36,016 nt of DNA from a virus (taxonomy: Duplodnaviria > Caudoviricetes): the IMG/VR virus record IMGVR_UViG_3300025132_000127, positions 1 through 36,016 of that record, one strand, 5' to 3'. Under the pieces are notes generated by a model that saw only the letters and a list, made by a program, of their open reading frames with translations, made no database searches and had not been told where the DNA came from. How positions within the stretch are numbered: position 1 is the stretch's first letter; each line of letters begins with the position of its first letter. Shown here in pieces: positions 24,496 through 35,100 of the stretch. The translations under genes and the position numbers were made by a program.

Positions 24496-26067
24496 TTAGC
24501 TTACGTTAGGAAACGGAACCCCAGCATACTGCACAGCGTGACTGATGACAAGGTATCCGGGCTTGCGCCCTGCTGCATCCTCGCAGTGCTCCTGTCCGAA
24601 GACGGAAGTGACGAAGATGTCCTTAACGAAACCGCCCTCATGATCGTCAGACGAACGCTGGTTGCGGTATTTGCCGTATCCCCGGCGAGCAGCAGCTTTT
24701 CCAAGGAAGAGCGTGTGGCCGATAGGAACTCCGGAACTGTTGACAAGGTATGCCGTAGATGTCCCAGCAGAGTGGGTTTGGGTGGTGTTGGTTCCCACTA
24801 CAGCAGCGCCAAGCGCAGTGGTAAGCGCGGCGAAGTTGGTCGAATCGGTTGTTCCGTTGAATCGACCAGCGTTACCGCTTGTTACGGTCAGCTTGTTGCC
24901 GTCGTTGGCTGTTACATGGTAGTAACCAATCTTGCCCGGATCTGTCGCAGCGTTCGGAGCGTTCACCACAGCGACGATATAACCACCAGCAGCGCTGAGA
25001 TCAGCGTAAGCCAGCGAGTTATTCAGAGCCATTGTCTCAGTTGCAAGGAACTTGAACTGGTAAAGCGGGAAATACTTGAAGTAAGCCTTTCCAGACAGAG
25101 CACCAGCCGCTTTCGATCCACCACCGTAGATGGTGTTCGCTGTTCCTGCACCAGAACCAATAGTGGAAGTGGCGAATCCGTTGTTAGTATCGCAACCAAT
25201 GTCAGCTTTCGGGTTCAGAGGAGATGCAATCGCGCCGTATCCGTCATGGTCGATGGGATTGTATTTCTTGATGATGTTACCCCGAATGTCGGTGTAACCA
25301 CCCTTGAACAGAACATTGCTGTAAGCGTTCGGTCCAGCATTCTCTTGCAATGACTTGTAGTCAGAGTCCTGCTCCAAAGAGAACAGGGCGTCGGTAGTTG
25401 CAACAGTGCAATAGCGGTGGATAGGGTTTCCTGCCTGATCAGTTCCGACCTTAGCGGGCTGACCATTAAGGCGAGCGAGCTGAGTGTTTGCCGCGACAAT
25501 GGTGTCATAGTCGAGGGTGTCGGCAGATACGAGGTTGTCGTATCCGGCCTTATCACCAGCAAAAATGTGGTTTTCAGCGGAGCCTTTGTGAAGGAACATC
25601 ATAAAGAGCTTCTCGCTCTTCTGACGGCCCATCCACTTTCCGAGTTCGCGAGGAATACCCACGGCAATTTCGCCGCGCATACCCATGAACTCTTCAGCAC
25701 GCTCTGTGTAGCGAACCCCGTGACGAAGGAAGTCAACTGAGAGATCATAACTGTGGAGCTTGATGCTCTCAAAGTCGTCCCCGTCGTTGAACAGTTCGTC
25801 GCCGTGTTTCGGCTCGTTGTAGAGGCCAGCCATCTGGGTGAAGGTAATCTTCTGCCCCCGACCCTTGGTGGTGTCGGCGATGGTTTCGATAATTGCGTCG
25901 GAGCCGCCCTCCATTTGAGCAAAGAAGTCGGTGGTCTGTTCATAGACCTCGACACCTTTGCGCCAGAGTTCGCGGACTGCTCCGGCATCACCGAAGGCGT
26001 TTGATGGATCATTGGAGAGAGCGTTGCCCGCTCCTTGTCCCGTTACATTTGAAGTATGGAATGCCAT
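24496..26067 (-). CDS. Major capsid protein, N4-gp56/DUF4043-like
   Basis: LW...FF..MEG......I....D..KGRGQKITF....GL......GD...E.......L.VD.LRHGV and TLFLGKAAA..GYG. Follows the scaffold gene and has a strongly A-rich leader. Confidence 0.88.
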   Translation of the reverse strand: MAFHTSNVTGQGAGNALSNDPSNAFGDAGAVRELWRKGVEVYEQTTDFFAQMEGGSDAIIETIADTTKGRGQKITFTQMAGLYNEPKHGDELFNDGDDFESIKLHSYDLSVDFLRHGVRYTERAEEFMGMRGEIAVGIPRELGKWMGRQKSEKLFMMFLHKGSAENHIFAGDKAGYDNLVSADTLDYDTIVAANTQLARLNGQPAKVGTDQAGNPIHRYCTVATTDALFSLEQDSDYKSLQENAGPNAYSNVLFKGGYTDIRGNIIKKYNPIDHDGYGAIASPLNPKADIGCDTNNGFATSTIGSGAGTANTIYGGGSKAAGALSGKAYFKYFPLYQFKFLATETMALNNSLAYADLSAAGGYIVAVVNAPNAATDPGKIGYYHVTANDGNKLTVTSGNAGRFNGTTDSTNFAALTTALGAAVVGTNTTQTHSAGTSTAYLVNSSGVPIGHTLFLGKAAARRGYGKYRNQRSSDDHEGGFVKDIFVTSVFGQEHCEDAAGRKPGYLVISHAVQYAGVPFPNVS

Positions 26068-26140
26068 AATTTTTTTGTGTTAGTTGTTTTTTGTTGATTA
26101 AGGATCAACGGCTTACACAGATTGTGGCAGAGTAGGGAGA

Positions 26141-27442
26141 TTAACGAGTTTCCCTGTGGACTGCTTTTGCAAGACGCTCAAAGTCCTCGGGATTGTTGAT
26201 GCTCCCAACCTGCTCAGCCAGTGAGGCCGCTGCTCCAGTTGGAGCGCCAGAAGTGCGGGATGCACCGCTGGCAGCGGGTAGTTGGCCGGGTTTTTCAGTC
26301 CTTGGAGGCTGGGGCGAAGTGGATTGTTGCTGGGCTTGTGCGGCAGTGGTTGCAGGTTGGCCATCCGGCGTATTTGCAACCTTTTTAGCTACTGTCTTGG
26401 AGGATTTCCTCCCCTTGCGAATCGGTGCAACATTTAACTCCGCTGCCGCCATTTTGGCGATCATGAGAGGTTTGTTGGCATCGAAGTAGCGCGGATCGTC
26501 AGTATCTTGAAGGCTTTCGTCGATTTCGGTGCAACGGTCAAAGAACTCTGAGCCCTCATTTCCGAAGTCGGGGTAGAGGTCAGTAGCTCTTAAAACACTT
26601 GACTCGAAAGCCGTATCGTGTTCATGGCGTTGTGTGTAGCTATCTCGTTCGTCCCGCTCTATTATTTCTTCAATAAGTTCTTCGGTGTCACTGATCTGAT
26701 CATTAAAATCAGCGGCTTCGTCCAAATCTCCTTCACGAAGGGCTTGAGATGCTTGTTTCCGTAAATCTTTGAGGTCGGCTTTCGCCTCCGCGAGGGTAAC
26801 TCCTTGAGTTGGGTCTTCCTCATGCTCTCCATATTCAGATTCTTCCGAATCTTCAGTGTCGGCATTAGGATTTTCCTCAACCCCAAGATTCCGCTTTGCA
26901 AGCTCCAGAGCCTCAGAGAGGTTTAGGGCTGTTCCAGCGGCCTCAGCGGCCTTTTTTATGCGCATTGCCTCAGCATCCACCTTATCCGATGGGCGAAGTC
27001 GAAACCGAGGATGTGACTCCTCTTGTTCTTCCTCTTCACCTTCGTCGGCTTCCCCATCTTCGATCTCATCAACTTCCGACTGCTCAGCTTCTTCGTTAGC
27101 GGATTCCTCCTGCTCAACTTCTCCCTCCGGAGGGGGTTGATCCTCTCCTTGGGCTTGCTGATTGTCGGGTTGCTGGTCTTCGTTGGGGTTTGCAAATGAA
27201 TTAGGATTCTGTTGAACCTCAGCCATCATGGCTTCAAAGTCCGCAGGATCTGTTACATTTGCAATCCGCTCGTCCAGTGTCGGGATGGATTCCTGAGAAT
27301 CCGCCTCGCCCGAACCCCCTTCGGTCTGATTTCCGACCTCGGGTGTTGTGGTTGTAGTTTCGTGGTTGCTATCGATAGTCGGGGCATCCGCCTCCGCTGT
27401 CGCCGTCTGTTGCTCGGAATCGGCATTCGCCTGACTCATCAT
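26141..27442 (-). CDS. Capsid scaffolding protein
   Basis: Very acidic, low-complexity and helical with YPDF, directly upstream of the capsid gene. Start at 27451, 27442 or 27439; the longer ORF call overlaps a real + strand gene. Confidence 0.75.
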   Translation of the reverse strand: MMSQANADSEQQTATAEADAPTIDSNHETTTTTPEVGNQTEGGSGEADSQESIPTLDERIANVTDPADFEAMMAEVQQNPNSFANPNEDQQPDNQQAQGEDQPPPEGEVEQEESANEEAEQSEVDEIEDGEADEGEEEEQEESHPRFRLRPSDKVDAEAMRIKKAAEAAGTALNLSEALELAKRNLGVEENPNADTEDSEESEYGEHEEDPTQGVTLAEAKADLKDLRKQASQALREGDLDEAADFNDQISDTEELIEEIIERDERDSYTQRHEHDTAFESSVLRATDLYPDFGNEGSEFFDRCTEIDESLQDTDDPRYFDANKPLMIAKMAAAELNVAPIRKGRKSSKTVAKKVANTPDGQPATTAAQAQQQSTSPQPPRTEKPGQLPAASGASRTSGAPTGAAASLAEQVGSINNPEDFERLAKAVHRETR

Positions 27443-27494
27443 GGGAGTCATATTTAGGCTTTCATTTGCAATTTGCAAGATTAAAGTTGCAAAT
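27443..27494. promoter_or_regulatory. Divergent promoter region with three TTGCAA palindromes
   Basis: 52-bp AT-rich gap between divergent ATGs, with TTGCAA at 27466, 27473 and 27487. Confidence 0.55.
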
Positions 27495-28748
27495 ATGAGT
27501 TCAAAGGAAGGAAGGCTGCCATCCGCAGAGTTTGCACACCCGCCAATGCAAGGCCCGCCCGTGGGTCTCGATATTGGCGATTTTGACTCTGGAGACCTAT
27601 TTCGGGGCAATGCCAGCGCTGGAAATGAGCAAGGAGGAAAGTTGCAAAGCGTTCTGCAATACCTGCATATGTTTGAGGAGAACTCCATTACCGACCTCCT
27701 TGGTTACAAGCACATGGTGCTTTCTCGTAGACAAGGCGGGGAAGCGGAAGGAGGGACAGGTGGATGCTTGAAGCCTGTCTTCTTCCAGAAAGACAAAAGG
27801 TTAATAGCTTTTTTCCGACCCGCCTACCTCCTCGTCCCCGGCGGGGACAGCGGTGGCCTAATTCCCGTGACGCCTGAGTTTAGCGGAATCCCTCTCGATA
27901 AGCCAATGGACCCAGATGAAGACGGCGACGGCATGATGATGAGTGACGGTGACTGGGCAGCATGGCTAACTATTGATGGATACGATGCAGAAATTATCGT
28001 TCAAAGCGCAGGGGATTCGCCTCCCCCTCCACCTCAGAACCTAAGCGATGGCGCCGTTTGGAATCTTGCAAAGTGGTCTATCGAGAACTCAGGAGACGAT
28101 GAAGTTAAGGTTGTCGATCCAGAATACTACGCATGTCCGTTTGTTCCAGCTACCGACCGGAACACTCACGCCTTTTTTCCGACACTATATCAAAAAAGAA
28201 ATAAGATTGGTGATAGCAGCGACAACTCTTGGTATATGAAGGTTTACTATGGAAACGTCCATGACCTCCACAAAGGGCAGCATTACCGAGTTGAGCGTTG
28301 CGACAACGAAACAGAGATCTCTGTCAGCAGCGGAGAAGTATGGTATCTCAAAATGAAAACCAGCAATCTCGGAGTCCCCGAAGAGTTAGAAATAACTTCC
28401 GAGGACCCTGAGGTGACTCCTTTTCAGCCACCCGAGGAAGGAGTTACTGACGACACCCCGGACGAGGGAGAGGGGACCTATAAATGGAAGCTGTTTGAGA
28501 TTACAGCCGCAGGAGATAAGCTGGTAGCTCGGATATTTCACTCTGGCGACATTTCATGGTATCGCTGGTTGCACGATAATTTATTAGGAAGGGAGCCTAC
28601 AGAAAAAGAAGAAGCTCGCATCTACAAGAGATTCAACCAAGAAACCTACAAACATGAGTTTAGGCACCTTATCGCTGGCGATCAAATTGAAATCACTGAA
28701 AATGAAGACAACATTACCATCACATGGGTGTCGGAGCCTCCTCCATGA
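27495..28748 (+). CDS. Acidic virion/tail-like protein on the opposite strand
   Basis: 417-aa ORF with two similar beta-rich modules and a C-terminal FRHLIAGDQIEITENEDNITIT fibre-like motif. No competing - strand gene. Confidence 0.7.
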   Translation: MSSKEGRLPSAEFAHPPMQGPPVGLDIGDFDSGDLFRGNASAGNEQGGKLQSVLQYLHMFEENSITDLLGYKHMVLSRRQGGEAEGGTGGCLKPVFFQKDKRLIAFFRPAYLLVPGGDSGGLIPVTPEFSGIPLDKPMDPDEDGDGMMMSDGDWAAWLTIDGYDAEIIVQSAGDSPPPPPQNLSDGAVWNLAKWSIENSGDDEVKVVDPEYYACPFVPATDRNTHAFFPTLYQKRNKIGDSSDNSWYMKVYYGNVHDLHKGQHYRVERCDNETEISVSSGEVWYLKMKTSNLGVPEELEITSEDPEVTPFQPPEEGVTDDTPDEGEGTYKWKLFEITAAGDKLVARIFHSGDISWYRWLHDNLLGREPTEKEEARIYKRFNQETYKHEFRHLIAGDQIEITENEDNITITWVSEPPP

Positions 28749-29568
28749 TTCCTCCATTCGGGAGAGGGTTATTTCATCAGCTTCGGGAAAAGCTCCCAGT
28801 ATTGCTTTTGCAATGATTTCTTTTCGGCGCGACCAGCATATGGCTGTGCAAGCAGTTCGCTCTATACGGATGTTCTATCCAAAAGCGCCCATACTTATTC
28901 TTGATGATGCAAACCAACCCATGGAGCCAGATGTGGCGCGGAGGTTAGTGAAACTTGGAGCCTGCTACCGGAAGAGTGATTGGGAGCGAGGAAAGTTAAC
29001 GAAAGGAAATTTCACTCGCGACCACATGGCCAGCCAGTGCGCAGCTTTTGCAGATTTTGCGAGCGAGGTTGGAACCGACATTCTTTGCAAGATTGATTCC
29101 GATGTTGTCGTCACCGGGGCGGACCTCCCGCTATGGATTGGAGATAATCACATGATCATGGCAGCAAATGCTCGTCGTAAAGTTGTTCATGGCTGGTGCT
29201 ATTTGATGCAGAGGAAGTCTTTGCAGAAGGTTGCAATCTTGCAAAGCGAGGGGCTTTTCTCAAAGCATCAGTGCAGATTTGAGGATGTGTATCACCGATA
29301 TGCATTTCGGAAAGCATTCGGGCCTGAGGGAGTTCTCGATTACAGGATCAACAAAGAGACTCCTCGGTCCTATACAGAAGACTACAAACACCCTCAGAAG
29401 GTTTCTCCCAAATACCATCAGGAATTGTTACGCTACGCCACAGTGACTTTCGGGAGCCTGTTGAAGATTGACTCGCTGACCCCGGAGGGCCGTAGAAAAA
29501 GAGCTACTGACCATATGGAAGCGTTCGTGAACTTTCTTGAAGACAAGATTAAGTCAGCTTCGCATTAG
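28702..29568 (+). CDS. Glycosyltransferase, GT-A (family 2-like); start uncertain
   Basis: SIRMFYPKAPILILDD and DILCKIDSDVVV (DxD) motifs. Possible ATGs at 28654, 28702 and 28813. Confidence 0.75.
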   Translation: MKTTLPSHGCRSLLHDSSIRERVISSASGKAPSIAFAMISFRRDQHMAVQAVRSIRMFYPKAPILILDDANQPMEPDVARRLVKLGACYRKSDWERGKLTKGNFTRDHMASQCAAFADFASEVGTDILCKIDSDVVVTGADLPLWIGDNHMIMAANARRKVVHGWCYLMQRKSLQKVAILQSEGLFSKHQCRFEDVYHRYAFRKAFGPEGVLDYRINKETPRSYTEDYKHPQKVSPKYHQELLRYATVTFGSLLKIDSLTPEGRRKRATDHMEAFVNFLEDKIKSASH

Positions 29569-29839
29569 AAGTGTTTCTCATAATAGTAAGAGCCTGCTTT
29601 TTCTTCTCTTCTTCGTATCCGAGAATATAGTCAGCAAGCTCGATAAGCCCCCGAGCGTGATCTGCCTCTCGCTGCTCGACCCCTTTCTTATTGATGGCCT
29701 CCTGCGCCTCCTTGCGCTTTTCTTCCATTTTTGGGATGAAGTAATCCCTCCATCCGGCGGAGTCGCTCATAACCTCGACGGCTTCGCCGAGTTTCTGTGC
29801 GGTATCGTAGGCTTGCTTTCTCTGATTCAATTGACTCAT
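29549..29839 (-). CDS. Small helical protein downstream of the portal gene
   Basis: M.DS.GW..Y..P...ARG pattern seen in portal-adjacent small proteins. ATGA-coupled to the portal gene. Confidence 0.7.
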   Translation of the reverse strand: MSQLNQRKQAYDTAQKLGEAVEVMSDSAGWRDYFIPKMEEKRKEAQEAINKKGVEQREADHARGLIELADYILGYEEEKKKQALTIMRNTSNAKLT

Positions 29840-32112
29840 ACCACGGGCGGTTGCTGCCCCGGCATGTTATCCAAAGTATTTAGCGCTGTCGAGCTTCCTT
29901 GTCCTCCTGATGTTGGTTGAGCTGGAATCTGGTATCCCGGCTGGATGATCTGATCAACATGAGCAACTTGCATCGCTTTAAGCATTTGTCGATACAGGGT
30001 AGCTGTGCGCTGCTGCAACTCGGGAGGCAGAGAGTAGAACTCTATTACCTTGGATGATGCTTGCTGAGCCTGCACTAAGTCCTGCTCGTTCTTGTAGCGG
30101 GTCATCTCCAGCCTAATGTCAAGATCCATCTGGCCCTCAACATTTTCGGGGGAATACTCAAGCATCTGAACTTTCTCATCCTCAGTGTAGAGGAAAGCCT
30201 CAGTCTGGTCGAGGTAAGCAAGCGTATAGATGCAGAAATCCCGGAGAACCTCCTCAAGTCCGTCTTGTAGCTGACTTAGGTAGATTGAGAACATTTCCTG
30301 ACCACTACGCTCGATATTCTTAACACCAGTTGCGAGTTTAGCGGTGTCCATGCCCAGCATGGCAGCATCATTGACATGAGAGACTCCAGACATGTTGATT
30401 GCAACCTGCATGAAGAACTCGATCTCTTTATAGATTTCCCGCCCTTTTATGTCATAAAGCGGTATTACCTTCAGAATCATTTCTGGGTTGATATTCCCTT
30501 TTGGCGTATAGGTCTGTCCTCCGTTAAGGTCAAGGTGAGGGTTTTCTTCTCCCTCTAATGTAAGCTCCGGATTCCAGAAGACCACCTGACCCGAGCGAGA
30601 CTGCGAGAGATTCCAGCGGTTTGTAAGCAGGTCAACGACTTCCTGCAAAGGCTGGAAGATTTCCATAGTTCCAATGCCATGCCAGCGTCCTTCAACACGG
30701 TTTACGCGAGTAACCTTGAAAGGGCGACGACCGTGTGGCGTCCTGTTTGCGACGTAATCGTAGAAAAGTGGACGCTGATTGGCTTTGTCGAGCATCAGAA
30801 CGATGTCCTCTTGCACCCCATCCTCGTTAGCGTCGAAATGCATGTAAACTTCAGCAATCTCCACCACGGGCTCGCCGCTTCGGGCGTCAGGCTCGGATGA
30901 CTCATCATTGCCCTTGTCGTGCCCGGCAGACTCACCGAGCTCTGGACGCTCCATGGAGCCTCGGGCTTTAGGCTGATCATCGTAGTTTGTCAGCTCTTGC
31001 AATGATTCAAAAATCTTAGAAGCAGTCTCTCGGGTGGTCTGATCGCTTGACTCAAGCGCCGACACATAGATAGAGGCAATTTCGATGGCTGGCTTGTCAT
31101 AAAGGTGAACGACGCAATCAGCTTCATCAAGAGTGGTGGCGTCTAAAGGAGCGAGAAAGTCTTTGTAATATACAGGCTTGGCGTCGGCGCCACGATAGCG
31201 GACTTGCTGACGAGGAACGATTTGTTCCACAAAGTTTAGCTGTGAAGGATCGCTCACGCCTTCTGGGAGTTGTGTCTGGCCGTCACGTTGCAGGACGAAC
31301 AGCATTGGGATATCGGGGGCTTGGCCCTGCTCCATCATCATCGCCTCTTCATCGCTCGGCATCCTACTCGGAACAGTGGCCCATTTGTCGTAGGGGTAGA
31401 TGTAGTCGGCGTCGGTTGCAACATAGGGAGTTCCCGATTCGTCTACTGCGACAGTTGCGTTTTTCTGGAACTGAGTCCAGTCCTGACGGTATACGGTTTT
31501 CGTCACCGTTTCGCCACGAATGATAGCTCCTTCGACGGCGCCCATGACGCATCCTTTGAGATCAGCCTGACGAGCTTTGTGTTTGCAATACTTATCGGTC
31601 AGGCGGGCCTCGTCCTCGTCGGCTGCACCCACTGGGTAGGCTCCGAACCAAGGATCAGTTCCAAGGAAATAGTTGGTAGCTCTTGCAATCTGCTGCTGAG
31701 CAATGCGGCGAGAGAGGGGAACGGTAAGGTTTGATTCAGCGAAAATTCCTCCGACCAGATATGAACGCCAGTCGATTTGATTGTGGAAAGTCATTTCGTA
31801 GAGCTGACGCTTACCCATAAACGACCCTGCCGCGCTTTTTACGGTGTCGTCCTCGCCTCGTCCATACCAGTTAGCCTGAGAGGTGTCGGTGCGACCCAGT
31901 TCTTTTTCAAGGGTATTGATTCTCCCCATGGCGTATTCGACCATGCGTTTTTCCTGCTCGGCACTGAGCTGTAATGGAGTATCAAAAACTACTTTGGGCT
32001 TGTCTTTTTCTCCGCCTCCAACAGTTGGGTCCTTGGGAGAAGGAAACAGATTGTCCGCTACTGCTTTAACTTGGCTCTGGTGGCCGCTATCTGATGTTGA
32101 TTGTTCGCTCAT
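29836..32112 (-). CDS. Portal protein
   Basis: 758 aa with AIIRGETVTK, DFLAPLDA..L.EAD.V.H, VEIAEVY..FD.N.DG..E, RRPF......VEGRWHGIG..E...LQ and SGVS...LATGV. Upstream of scaffold and capsid. Confidence 0.88.
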   Translation of the reverse strand: MSEQSTSDSGHQSQVKAVADNLFPSPKDPTVGGGEKDKPKVVFDTPLQLSAEQEKRMVEYAMGRINTLEKELGRTDTSQANWYGRGEDDTVKSAAGSFMGKRQLYEMTFHNQIDWRSYLVGGIFAESNLTVPLSRRIAQQQIARATNYFLGTDPWFGAYPVGAADEDEARLTDKYCKHKARQADLKGCVMGAVEGAIIRGETVTKTVYRQDWTQFQKNATVAVDESGTPYVATDADYIYPYDKWATVPSRMPSDEEAMMMEQGQAPDIPMLFVLQRDGQTQLPEGVSDPSQLNFVEQIVPRQQVRYRGADAKPVYYKDFLAPLDATTLDEADCVVHLYDKPAIEIASIYVSALESSDQTTRETASKIFESLQELTNYDDQPKARGSMERPELGESAGHDKGNDESSEPDARSGEPVVEIAEVYMHFDANEDGVQEDIVLMLDKANQRPLFYDYVANRTPHGRRPFKVTRVNRVEGRWHGIGTMEIFQPLQEVVDLLTNRWNLSQSRSGQVVFWNPELTLEGEENPHLDLNGGQTYTPKGNINPEMILKVIPLYDIKGREIYKEIEFFMQVAINMSGVSHVNDAAMLGMDTAKLATGVKNIERSGQEMFSIYLSQLQDGLEEVLRDFCIYTLAYLDQTEAFLYTEDEKVQMLEYSPENVEGQMDLDIRLEMTRYKNEQDLVQAQQASSKVIEFYSLPPELQQRTATLYRQMLKAMQVAHVDQIIQPGYQIPAQPTSGGQGSSTALNTLDNMPGQQPPVV

Positions 32113-35100
32113 TTCTTTTTCTTTCTGGATTGTTCCCGAGCCGCCCTCAAAAAGCGAGGATCTTTCATTGCAACTTCTCTTGCAAGTTTAGAAGCATTCC
32201 GCTTAGTGCTTGCTATTTCCTCGGCTGTTGTAGCAGATCCGCGCTCCTGACGCCAGAACTGACGGTAAAGACGGTGGAATATTTCGGTTTGCTCGCCACT
32301 CATCTTATGGCTCTCGCTCTGACCAGTAGAGGGGTTCTTGTAAGTATATTTTTTGGAGACAGCGCCGGGCATCTTAATATTTTCGTTTCCGGGGTCTCGG
32401 CGCTGTTCACGGCGCACAATTTGATCAAAGCGGTTTGGTTTATACTCCTGAGGACGGAAAATCCACTCAAGAGGAGTAAGCATCGAGCTTTTCTCGGTCA
32501 AAGCGCTGGGGCGTTTCACCTTCTCTCCGTAGGCGTCAATGCCAGACGGTGGAATGCTCCAAGGGTTTTTGGGTATTGCTCCTCCCAACTTATCCTCAGC
32601 GTTCGGATACATCTCATAGAGCAAGGTGTTCTGGAAGTCCGCCCATCCACCTTCGGACAGGTTGTGATCATAGAAAGTGTTGCTGTCGCGCAGAGGTTGA
32701 CGGAGAATATTCGGGACGATGAAGGTTGTAAACTGACGAGCCGCGAACTTAGAGACAGGCAGTTTTCCAGTTGCCATTGAGAACGTATCGTTGATACCGC
32801 GCAACATTGTCTTGTCAGTAAGCTGGCCAACTACAGTGTCGAAGGCGAGAGTTTGCAGAGACGCAGGTATATCTTTTTCACCGCGACGATTCAGCTTGAA
32901 CTCTCGTATAAGGTCAATCGTGGTTCCGAGAGTGAGCGCAAGCGGGTCTATGCGTCCATAGTCAAAAGTCAACCCACCCACTCTGATCCGATATGGGCCC
33001 ATTCCTTCTCTGTAGGCTGCTGCTCGCTTCTCGGTTGCTTGAGGGCCAAACTTTGGCATGGAACCAGTCATTAGTATGAACTTCTCCCGGTCGTCCTCGT
33101 CTCCTTCGACCATTCCGTAAATCATATACGTTATAAGCATTGACTGCATCTGAGAGCTGAAGTCAGAAACGGCCTTTGCTGCTACCGGGTCAGGGTTGCC
33201 ACGATTATTGGCCATGTATGACCACATTCTTTGTAGAGAGATGACAACGGTAAGTGGGTTAGGAACACGCGATCCACCTTCCCGAATAATGTTCATTAAA
33301 ACGCGAGTAAATGGCATCAGGGTTACTCGGGTAAGATTCACACCAACCCGCATCGCGTCGAGTCGAGCGATGTTTATCAGCTTGCTCATGCCATCGCTGG
33401 TCGAGCGGTGCATGACTTTCTCTCCAAGAAGAGCCTTATCGACACCCTTGAGGGACTGGTCGAACTTGTTTGCTAAATACGCGAAGAGTTCAAGCGGACC
33501 TTTTGGGGTATTCTTGTAGCTGTCAGGCAAATCTTTCGTAAATACGCTAACGTCAGCCTGATCCGCTGCCATCTCCCAAGAGCTGGAGCCTTGAACAGTC
33601 ATCTCCATCTTAACAAACTCCTTGAGCGCGTCGCCTTTAAGGCCCTTGGAGCGACCAAGACGATAAGCGATTGCTCCGACTTCGGTTCCCGCGATAATGA
33701 AACGCATGAACTCGTCAACCCCCATATTGAATCGCAATATGCCACGACTGGCTTTGCCTAATTCAAACTTCTTTATGGCGCCCTTTTGACCTGCCGCTCG
33801 CCGAATCATGTTAGGGTATTTGATGTTTACCCCGGCCTTTTCGAGCGCCATGTCAAAGTAATCCATCAAGTGGCCCATTTGATAACCGCGAACATCTTCA
33901 TGTGACTCTCCAGCGGCTTGCTCATATGGACCTCCTTTGCCCTTTGCAAAGGTATTGAAGTAAGCGCGTTCAGTATCGAATGCGAGATAGCCTTGAGTGA
34001 AAGCCATTGCGTAGTAGGTTTTCAACCCCTCGGCCATATATTTGAACTCCCCAAACTGAGCGTTCTTGGGATTTTTGACCAGAGAGTTGACAATCATTTC
34101 TGCGCTCCGCTCACCGATCATGCGGTATCCAGCAAACGGAATAGACATGAGGTTGACCATCACCGTCTTCATGCTGAACACGTTAGCATACCAAGATCCG
34201 GTGGCTCGGGAGATCCAATCAAGATCCAAGTCATCGAGCACACGGGCTACGGCCATTACTTGGCGAGGATCGTTAATATTGAATCCTTTCTTTTTCTTGA
34301 GTCCGACCCCGAAACTCTTGGACATGATCTCTTCTACGTCTTCCTTTTTCGCTTCTCGGCTTCCCTCTGGGGGGGCTTCGCCGCGAGCGTAAGAGTCGAT
34401 AGTTTCGGGAGTGTATCCACGTTCGATCAGGTTTTTGACTTTGGGCTCAAGAAGTTTGCGATACTTTTCAACAGCCTTCTTCTGCCCCTCAGGGCTAACG
34501 CCTGTTTGCATCTTAATTTCTTTAGGCTCAAATCCCTCGCGCACCATGTTGACGACCTTGCTCTGCTTTTCGGTCATTTTAGCCAGAGTTTCTGTGTCCG
34601 CTTTGGTGTTGATGCCAACGCCCTCTTTTTGAGCATTGAAAATCTCCTCAATTTTTATGCCCTCCTTCTCAAGGAGCTTGCGAGACTGCTCAACTCGGTA
34701 GTTTTGCATCTTCCGAAGATCATCATTGTAGGCTTTTTTGTTTGTAGAGGGAACCGACTCTCCAACGCCTCCTCCATGTTTCTTTTTGAGAGCGTTGACT
34801 TGGCTCGTAGGCGCGGTGTGGATCATGGTTCCAAGCGCATAGGCTGCTCTCTGAGCTGGGGACTGGAATGGGTCGCGCATTGCGGCCATCGACCTCGCAA
34901 TATCACTGCGCATTTCCTGTTCGGCCTGAGCCAACGCTAAGGCGTAGTCGATATCCGACTGGACCCCAGAGGCCATTGCTTGTTGCAGTCTGTTTGCAAC
35001 TACACGTTTTGCAACTATCTGGAACTCGGGCGTCGAACCCGAACCGAACCGCTCTGCGATTTGGAAAATCTGTAACTCAACATCTGATGCGGGGGTTGCC

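Noticed and set aside
24460-25353. 297-aa plus-strand ORF
   Set aside because: Antisense shadow of the codon-biased major capsid gene, with no protein-like motifs.
27452-27688. N-terminal extensions of the scaffold ORF (to 27688) and of the + ORF (from 27441)
   Set aside because: They would make two real genes overlap head-to-head. Composition changes at about 27442 and 27495, with an AT-rich promoter-like gap between.
33918-34940. 340-aa plus-strand ORF (and 32094-32780)
   Set aside because: Antisense shadows of the giant virion protein gene.
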